A stretch of DNA of 64,000 nt from contig JAYOZP010000001.1 in the NCBI GenBank assembly GCA_038154245.1, positions 3,022 to 67,021 on the forward strand, given 5' to 3'. The translations under genes and the position numbers were made by a program. Of this stretch, positions 19,876 through 26,325 are shown in pieces. How positions within the stretch are numbered: position 1 is the first letter of the stretch; every line of letters begins with the position of its first letter. The notes under the pieces are model-generated. The model did not search any database, was not told where the DNA came from, and saw only the letters and a list, made by a program, of their open reading frames with translations. Origin of the DNA: Nitrospinales bacterium. GTDB taxonomy: Bacteria; Nitrospinota; Nitrospinia; Nitrospinales; JAJDAT01.

Positions 19876-20598
19876 CTAAAAATTTCTTCGAGCCATTCCA
19901 AAACCGTCGCCATCGATTAAGACTGTCCAGTATTTGGAATCGATCACTTCTTCTCGCCAAACTTTTGTGCATCCTGGATGTTCGGGACGATTAATATCGT
20001 GCATAATTAAAATTCCGCCCGAGCAAACCTTATTGGCCCAGGCGTCAAAATCCAATTTAACTCCACGCGGAAAAATAGGAGCGTATTCATCTAGGGGAAT
20101 TTTCCGTCGGCCTATTTTCCAACTTGTCATCCCATATGCTCTTTTCCATAAATCTGGGAACCTTAATGGACTTGTCTCTAAATAAGCATGCAATCCGTCA
20201 ATGAATAAAAATTCAATTGGTTTACGTTTCGAATCCCAACCTCCTGCAATCTCATGAGACAAACCTCTGAGTGGAATAACATATTTTTCTAATCCCCACT
20301 CTTCAACCATAGAATTCCAACGTTCCCAGATATCGAGATCTGACTCAATAACTCCTCCAGCTATTTTGTTCCAGTGGTCTATAGAATACAATCGACCTCC
20401 AGAATTTCGAACGCCGCTTCCAATTAACGCTGTACTACGTCCTAACCAGGAACCTATTTCAACCGAAATACCTTTAGAACTCTGTCCTATTTCAAATAGA
20501 ATTCTGGCGTGGTCCTCTGGTAAATGGGGCGAACCAATTTCTCGAGCTCGTTCCCAAACGGAATCGAACGTAGTAAGCTCGGTAATTTCCCCGAACAT
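19876..20598 (-). CDS. Class I SAM-dependent methyltransferase (Methyltransf_24/cephalosporin-hydroxylase-like)
   Basis: 'VEIGSWLGRSTALIG' (motif I), 'LFIDGLHAY' and 'GGILIMHD'. Confidence 0.6.
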   Translation of the reverse strand: MFGEITELTTFDSVWERAREIGSPHLPEDHARILFEIGQSSKGISVEIGSWLGRSTALIGSGVRNSGGRLYSIDHWNKIAGGVIESDLDIWERWNSMVEEWGLEKYVIPLRGLSHEIAGGWDSKRKPIEFLFIDGLHAYLETSPLRFPDLWKRAYGMTSWKIGRRKIPLDEYAPIFPRGVKLDFDAWANKVCSGGILIMHDINRPEHPGCTKVWREEVIDSKYWTVLIDGDGFGMARRNF

Positions 20599-20820
20599 CT
20601 TTTTCCCTCAATTATTTTTGAAATCTCCATTAAAATAAACGCAGTAATGTAAAAAATCTCGCCAGATTTTTAACCGCGCAGTTGTGGTTAACTTCCTCAT
20701 CGGCAGATTTCTAAAGATCTTTAATTTTTTTTTAAAAAAAATTATTTTTTTGCAGTAGTGGAGCGTTTTTTCCTCTAAACTACCGAAAAGAATAGATATA
20801 GAACTTTATATAGGTATTTA

Positions 20821-22209
20821 ATGGAAATCGTTTTAGTTTATCCCAACTTAACTCGCCTGGAACGCGTAACGCTTGGCCTAGGTTACGTCGCTTCATACGC
20901 TCAACAGAATGGCCATAGTTGCAGCTTCGTTGATTACACGTGGGGCGGCGGCGTTGAAAAAACTATAGATAAAGTGCGCGAAACCGGCGCAAAAGTAGTT
21001 GGCCTTTCCGTGAAAAGCGGCGAGGTAGACTTCTGTATCGAAATTTCCAAAAGAGTGAAAGCCGAATTTGGAGCCACCGTAGTTTGGGGCGGGGTACACC
21101 CCTCGATAGACTCAGAGGCCACTATCGCGCTCGATTGTGTCGATATCATCTGCGTAGGCGAAGGAGAGGAAGCTACCACTGAATTGCTAAACTCCATGGA
21201 AAAAGGGGAAATTGATACTTCCATTCCAAATCTATGGATAAAAAAAGACGGCCAAATTCATAAAAACCCAATACGCGATTTACAACAAAGCTTAGACGAT
21301 ATTCCTTTTCCTGATAGAGATTTACATGACACCCAACTTTATATTGAAAGATCGGGCACAATTGATCTGATAGCCGGAAGAGGATGTCCCTATCAATGTA
21401 GCTACTGCGTCGAACCTACTTATCAAGATGTCTTTAAAGGAAAGGGTCAATTTGTCCGTTACCGAAGTCCTGAAAGCCTAATGGACGAAATCGCAGACCT
21501 ACAACGAAGATTCAAGTTTTCAAACATCAACTTTGTGGATGATGTTTTTACTATCGATATTCGATGGTTGAGAAAATTTGCGCCGCTTTATAAGAAATAC
21601 TTCAAAATTCCATACACATGTAACGCGCGTATCGAAGCCATGCGAGAAGAGTCTTACCAACTCTTAAAGGACTCTGGATGTTCTTCTTTAGAAATGGGGA
21701 TTGAATCGGGAAGCGAACCGTTACGTCGCAAAGTTCTCGAACGAAAAATGACAAATGAGCGCATTATCGAAGCATTTGATCTGGCTCATAAGTATGGCTT
21801 AAAAACGATGTCTTTCAATATGGTGGGAATTCCTTACGAAACCAAAAAAGATATCGATCAAACTATTAAGTTAAACCGTCGGTTAAAACCTAGTTCCATC
21901 CAAGTTTCAATGTTTCAACCTTATCCTGGAACAGGTCTATACGACATCTGCGAGAAAAACAACTGGCTCAACGGCAAACCAATCCCATTTTCCTATTTCA
22001 TGGATACGGCAGTTACTTACCCACATCTCAGCACAGACGAGATCATTAAAATCAGACGATGGTTCCGCTTTAACGTTCTGCGAAAAATCGATCCAATCAA
22101 ATCGCTCGTGGTCTTGTTCTACGATTTAAATTACGAAAAGTTTTTTAAATTGTGGTCTTTTATTCCAAACCAAGTCAAGAAAATGGCTCTGGCTTTCTTT
22201 AAGTCTTAA
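20821..22209 (+). CDS. B12-binding-domain radical SAM protein (class B type)
   Basis: 'KVVGLSVKS...VVWGGVHPS' followed by 'AGRGCPYQCSYC'. Colinear with the proteins at 4442 and 7525. Confidence 0.8.
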   Translation: MEIVLVYPNLTRLERVTLGLGYVASYAQQNGHSCSFVDYTWGGGVEKTIDKVRETGAKVVGLSVKSGEVDFCIEISKRVKAEFGATVVWGGVHPSIDSEATIALDCVDIICVGEGEEATTELLNSMEKGEIDTSIPNLWIKKDGQIHKNPIRDLQQSLDDIPFPDRDLHDTQLYIERSGTIDLIAGRGCPYQCSYCVEPTYQDVFKGKGQFVRYRSPESLMDEIADLQRRFKFSNINFVDDVFTIDIRWLRKFAPLYKKYFKIPYTCNARIEAMREESYQLLKDSGCSSLEMGIESGSEPLRRKVLERKMTNERIIEAFDLAHKYGLKTMSFNMVGIPYETKKDIDQTIKLNRRLKPSSIQVSMFQPYPGTGLYDICEKNNWLNGKPIPFSYFMDTAVTYPHLSTDEIIKIRRWFRFNVLRKIDPIKSLVVLFYDLNYEKFFKLWSFIPNQVKKMALAFFKS

Positions 22210-22755
22210 TCAAAAAGACAATCAAGAGTGGGTACAACTCCATATTCAGGGTAAAACTATCATAGAATTTTTCATTACTGGTTGACTGTAAAGGTTTTCA
22301 TCACTTTTTTCGCCTCCCGTTTTACGTCGCTCAAATTCGCAATAATTTGGGAAACCTTTTCTATATTTACTTTTCTGAGGCGTAAATCAATTTCGCAATC
22401 ATGCCATAGATCAACTTCTCCATTTTCAAAATACCGTGAGGCGCTGGATTCCACTGCTTCATCGCTTCTTGAGACACTATTGCCAATTCTATTTCAAAAT
22501 CCCATAAAATTCCTAGACGCCAACCTTTCCCTAAAAGTTAGCAACTAACTGACATCGAAATAAAAGGAAAAGAGTTTTTTATAAAGACTTTCTATTAAAA
22601 CAAAATTGGCTAACTATTATTTCTTTCACGAGAAAAGTTAACCAGTTTTATAACTAGCCGCTGGAACCTTTACAGGAATTCATCTAAAAATCTCTTTTAC
22701 CTTTTTAGTTTCAAGATATTTTGATAAGATTATGTCTTTTTGGACATATATAAGA

Positions 22756-22784
22756 TTGACAATCTATGTCTAAATAGCCATAAT
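22756..22784 (+). promoter_or_regulatory. Sigma-70-type promoter for the toxin-antitoxin operon
   Basis: TTGACA (22756-22761), 17-nt spacer, CATAAT (22779-22784). An upstream 6-bp inverted repeat 'tatgtc...gacata' and a 'tatgtc' inside the spacer could be operator half-sites. Confidence 0.6.
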
Positions 22785-22800
22785 AATAGAAGGTAGAAAA

Positions 22801-23151
22801 ATTAAAAGTTTAGTTTGGGTTGGCGATTCCAAGAAAAGATTAAAGGCGTTTCCACAGCAAGTACAAAAGGATATAGGGTATGCGCTTCAATTTGCCCAAG
22901 TTGAGGATGTGCATCCATCCGCAAAGCATTTAAAGGGTTTTAAACCGGCAGTTATGGAAATTGTAGCGGACCATAAAACAGATACCTTTAGAGCGGTTTA
23001 TACAACGAAAACTGAGGAAATGGTTTATGTCCTGCATTGTTTTCAGAAGAAATCAAAGACAGGTATCAAAACGCCAAAAAAAGAAATAGACATTATCGAA
23101 GCGCGTTTGAGACAAGCCGTTGCAATAGATAAGGAGAGAAAAAATGGCTAA
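22801..23151 (+). CDS. Gp49/HigB-like (RelE superfamily) toxin, with a non-canonical start or an inactivated start codon
   Basis: 'VLHCFQKKSKTGIKTPKKEIDIIEARL' is the family hallmark. Family-like sequence, 'KSLVWVGDSKKRLKAFPQQVQKDIGYALQFAQ', continues in frame upstream of the ORF-track GTG at 22909. Between the upstream stop (22771) and that block there is no ATG, GTG or TTG. ATT at 22801 follows 'aggtag'. Confidence 0.6.
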   Translation: MKSLVWVGDSKKRLKAFPQQVQKDIGYALQFAQVEDVHPSAKHLKGFKPAVMEIVADHKTDTFRAVYTTKTEEMVYVLHCFQKKSKTGIKTPKKEIDIIEARLRQAVAIDKERKNG

Positions 23152-23473
23152 AAACAAAGACTATGAAGAAAGTTCCGGCAACGTTTTTAAAGACTTGGGA
23201 CTTTCAAACGCCGATGAAGAATTTTTAAAAGCAAATCTCGCCATCACTATCCATCGTATTATTAAAAAGCGCGGCCTGACTCAACAGCAAGCCGCAGAGC
23301 TTTTAGGCGTGGATCAACCGGAAGTTTCCAAACTTAAAAAAGGATTGTATTCCCGGTTTAAAGTGGAGAGGCTTTTTCAATTCTTAAATAAACTAGGTCG
23401 CAGAATTGAAATTAAGGTAAGAAAACCTAAGAAGGATGAACCTCTGCAAGCTTTTCAAGCCGTAGGGATATAA
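23144..23473 (+). CDS. XRE-family HTH antitoxin (HigA-like)
   Basis: 'RGLTQQQAAELLGVDQPEVSKLKKG' is a helix-turn-helix. It overlaps the toxin stop by 8 nt. The 'RFKVERLFQFLNKLG' tail is typical of partners of Gp49-like toxins. Confidence 0.75.
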   Translation: MAKNKDYEESSGNVFKDLGLSNADEEFLKANLAITIHRIIKKRGLTQQQAAELLGVDQPEVSKLKKGLYSRFKVERLFQFLNKLGRRIEIKVRKPKKDEPLQAFQAVGI

Positions 23474-23615
23474 AAAAATGATTTTCGAGTCAAACCTTTC
23501 GATAGCTTTCCTCTAAAAACATCCTCTCTTCTATTTTTGATTTTTCATTTTTGGTTTGTTTTTATGTATCATAAAGGACGTTATGGTACACAAAAGTTTC
23601 AATACATAAACATCT

Positions 23616-24278
23616 TCATTGGTTTATAGAAATTGCACATAGTTCTTCCAATTCTTTTCGTGCATTCTCATCATTTGATTCCTTATATAACCCAAATATT
23701 CTAGTATATTTTTGGTCAATCTCAGATGGTGCAGCTGAGAGTGTTTGAGTCATGTACAAACTCATAAGTGAACTTTTTGCAAAAAACTGGGCGAAAAAAT
23801 TTTCCCTGACTAGGCATTGGGCTATCCATTTTAGTGGAATCATAGCGGTAACTATCATCAATAGATACAATGTGGTCTCTTGCAATAACACTTTAAAATT
23901 ATCCCCAAAAATGAAAAGAACACTTTTGATTAAAATCACATAACCTAACAACTTGTACACCCAGAAATTACTTTCGTTAATGTGAGTCATTATTGCTGTT
24001 TTCATTTCAAATGACGGAAAAACAGCAATAAATGCCAAAGTTAAAGGTTCTTCAAATATTGTATATCCCAAGAAAAGAATAGATCCGGTCAATAATGCTC
24101 TCAGAACAAAGCCTCCAAGAAACATACCTGTGTTTACCAACAAAGCCATAAAATGAACTGTATAAAGTTGGGAATAAGAAGCCCTCAGCATTCCTTCCGC
24201 CCATATTTTGAATAAAATTGGCTCCACCATTTGCCAAATAGGGTTATTCTCTCCAGGAATTGTATATTTCTTAAACAT
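23616..24278 (-). CDS. Hypothetical polytopic membrane protein co-oriented with the integrase
   Basis: It has 5-6 hydrophobic helices. ATG at 24278 with SD 'gagga' 5 nt upstream, preferred over the TTG at 24323. Confidence 0.5.
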   Translation of the reverse strand: MFKKYTIPGENNPIWQMVEPILFKIWAEGMLRASYSQLYTVHFMALLVNTGMFLGGFVLRALLTGSILFLGYTIFEEPLTLAFIAVFPSFEMKTAIMTHINESNFWVYKLLGYVILIKSVLFIFGDNFKVLLQETTLYLLMIVTAMIPLKWIAQCLVRENFFAQFFAKSSLMSLYMTQTLSAAPSEIDQKYTRIFGLYKESNDENARKELEELCAISINQ

Positions 24279-24319
24279 TTTGTTCCTCACAAATAAGAAC
24301 GCTCCACAGCATCCCCATA

Positions 24320-25255
24320 TCAATAATTAACTGCAAAACTCGCGCTGTTTTTGTGGTTTGTTTTCCTCTTGTCATACATTTGCGTAGTATCAAGCCGCGC
24401 ATGAGAAACCGTCTTTTGCACGTCTTCAATATTCCAACCGTTTTCTAAAGCTTCCGTTACAAAGGTTGCCCTGGCCGAATGCGGCGAAACACCTTTAACT
24501 ATACCAACCTGGGCGCGATATTTGTTCCAAATAAGATCTAAATTCTGCGGCGTTAAATGCTTTCGCAAATGAGCGGAGCGGATCGCCAGGAACAACGGCG
24601 CGTCCGGTTCGTTGCCGTGGCCGGATGCCTCTAAATACCGTTCAATAGCTTTTTGCGCCTTTGGATTAACCGCAACACAGTTGCGCTTATCTCCCTTAAC
24701 GTGAAAATCCAAAACTTTGTATTCGCCGTCGTCAAAAAAATCTTTAACCTTCAGCTTGCCTACTTCGGCAATACGACAACCGCAATAAAAGAAAACATGC
24801 AAAATGGCGCTGTCTCTTAGCCCTTGTAATGTTGCGGTGTCCGGCACGTTAAGAAATTCCTGCACTTTGAACGGCGTAAGGGTTTTGGTTTTAACTTTAT
24901 CTCGTTTTTCTTTCGGTCGTTTAATGCCGAGCGTTGGATTGTGTTGAGCCAGTTGTTTTTCACAAAGATGGTTGAACAAAGAAGAAACCGCAGAAATACG
25001 ACCGCGAATAGTCGCGGAGCTTGCCCCGTTTTTTATGAGCACGTCGCGGTATGCGATCACGTGGGCCTGGTCAATTTCGTAAAGCTCGTCTGAAGTTTGG
25101 ATTTGATGAAACCCGATAAACTCCCTTATAGCGTTTTGATAGGTTTTGCGTGTCCGATCTGAAATGAAGTTAGCCAGCCAAACCGATTCTTGGGGAATTT
25201 CGGCAAGCATTTTTAACTTGGGCTGGTGGATTAGATCGGCGGGTTTTTGATTCAT
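24320..25255 (-). CDS. Tyrosine-type site-specific recombinase/integrase
   Basis: SAM-like N-domain followed by a catalytic domain with 'CGCRIAEV', 'HSARATFVT' and 'LDTTQMYDKR' (R...H-x-x-R...Y). Confidence 0.85.
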   Translation of the reverse strand: MNQKPADLIHQPKLKMLAEIPQESVWLANFISDRTRKTYQNAIREFIGFHQIQTSDELYEIDQAHVIAYRDVLIKNGASSATIRGRISAVSSLFNHLCEKQLAQHNPTLGIKRPKEKRDKVKTKTLTPFKVQEFLNVPDTATLQGLRDSAILHVFFYCGCRIAEVGKLKVKDFFDDGEYKVLDFHVKGDKRNCVAVNPKAQKAIERYLEASGHGNEPDAPLFLAIRSAHLRKHLTPQNLDLIWNKYRAQVGIVKGVSPHSARATFVTEALENGWNIEDVQKTVSHARLDTTQMYDKRKTNHKNSASFAVNY

Positions 25256-25308
25256 GGGTTTTATTGTGTGCTATCTCTGTTTCAAATTCTGAGAGAAGTA
25301 TAACACTC

Positions 25309-25340
25309 TTACTTGAGATAAAAAGGATTATCTCAAGTAA
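25309..25340. repeat. Perfect 13-bp inverted repeat with a 6-nt spacer
   Basis: 'ttacttgagataa' - 'aaagga' - 'ttatctcaagtaa'. It lies between the integrase start (25255) and the GT2 stop (25379). No adjacent T-run is present on either strand. Confidence 0.6.
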
Positions 25341-25378
25341 CTGAACTTTGTTTTAAAAGTTAATCATTTCGGCAAGGT

Positions 25379-26323
25379 TTAGGAACTGGCGGTAATACTT
25401 ATTTTTTCGATTTCGGCGTCTTCCACCGTGCGAGTGGATTGGATGTGGTAACGTCTTACCAACATCCTCATCAAAAACTTTAACGCGCCCAATTTGCTCT
25501 TAAACAAAACAGAACCTTGGCCGCGAGAACAAAAATATTGAATATCCTTAAACTGATGTTTCAATATAGTGGGGAGGTATCTAAAAAATAAACTGAGGGA
25601 ATAATTTTTAATTAAAACCAGCATATCATTCCGCTTACATAAATAAACATAACGGTCGCTATACAGCCCAACCGTTGCTGTCCCTATGTGATATACCTTG
25701 GCTTTTGGTAAGTAAACCGTTTTTAGTCCGCGCAATTGGCCGCGCATATTTAAATCGACATCTTCAGCAAAAATAAAAAAGTCTTCGTCAAATAAACCTA
25801 TCGATTCAAAAAAACTTCTTCGATAGATTCCGGCTCCAGCGCAGGCTCCAAAAACATACTCTTCTTTATCAAACTGACCAACGTCTTTTTCGCCCTGGCC
25901 TCGTCCTCCACCGGCTGACCAGATATGAAATAGATCGCCTGTGTTATAAAAAGCTTCTCGATCATGCAGAAACATCATCTTAGTTGTTCCCATACCGCAT
26001 TCAGGGTGTCGCTCCATCCCCGAATATAATTCGCTCAACCAATCTTCGGCAACTTCAATATCGTTGTTTAAAAGACAAATATATTCTCCCTTGGAGGCTT
26101 TGTAACCTTCATTGCACGCTATAGCAAATCCTAAGTTTTCGGGCAATTCCACCAATTTGACCCAAGGATACTTCTCCTTGATCATCTCTTTTGAACCATC
26201 GGTCGAGCCGTTATCGACAACAATCGTTTCAAAATCCTCGAAATCGGATTTCAACATAGAGTCCAGGCACATACCCACTAAATGAATCCCATTCCAGTTG
26301 GGAATGACAACGCTAATTTTCAT
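25379..26323 (-). CDS. Family 2 glycosyltransferase (rhamnosyltransferase-like)
   Basis: 'ISVVIPNWNG...IVVDNGSTDGS', 'LLNNDIEV' and 'EDVDLNMR'. Confidence 0.8.
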   Translation of the reverse strand: MKISVVIPNWNGIHLVGMCLDSMLKSDFEDFETIVVDNGSTDGSKEMIKEKYPWVKLVELPENLGFAIACNEGYKASKGEYICLLNNDIEVAEDWLSELYSGMERHPECGMGTTKMMFLHDREAFYNTGDLFHIWSAGGGRGQGEKDVGQFDKEEYVFGACAGAGIYRRSFFESIGLFDEDFFIFAEDVDLNMRGQLRGLKTVYLPKAKVYHIGTATVGLYSDRYVYLCKRNDMLVLIKNYSLSLFFRYLPTILKHQFKDIQYFCSRGQGSVLFKSKLGALKFLMRMLVRRYHIQSTRTVEDAEIEKISITASS

Positions 26324-26325
26324 AA

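Larger units (their letters stand above)
22210..25378. mobile_element. Probable integrated cassette: tyrosine integrase, membrane protein and HigB/HigA-like TA pair (boundaries not defined)
   Basis: An integrase and a TA module sit between two convergent glycosylation-cluster genes. The integrase gene looks more G+C-rich than its surroundings by eye. No convincing flanking direct repeats were found. Confidence 0.45.

Noticed and set aside
20721-20750. T9/A8 palindromic tract 'taatttttttttaaaaaaaatta' in the divergent promoter region upstream of the radical SAM gene at 20821
   Set aside because: It is probably just intrinsically curved promoter or UP-element DNA in an AT-rich genome. There is no evidence for a specific function.
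22275-22548. ORF-track CDS 22282..22548 (+), and an alternative 59-aa GTG-start ORF on the minus strand (22275..22454, 'MESSASRYFENGEVDLWHDCEIDLRL...')
   Set aside because: The plus-strand product is low-complexity and implausible. The minus-strand reading looks more protein-like, but it is short and has only a GTG start. A second frame upstream also reads open, so it may be a frameshifted gene remnant. That is not enough to annotate either one.
22634-25369. 13-of-15 match between 'aaaagttaaccagtt' (22634-22648) and 'aaaagttaatcattt' (25355-25369) as possible att direct repeats of the integrase cassette
   Set aside because: The match is short, imperfect and very AT-rich. Matches of this quality are expected by chance between two regions of a few hundred bp in this genome.
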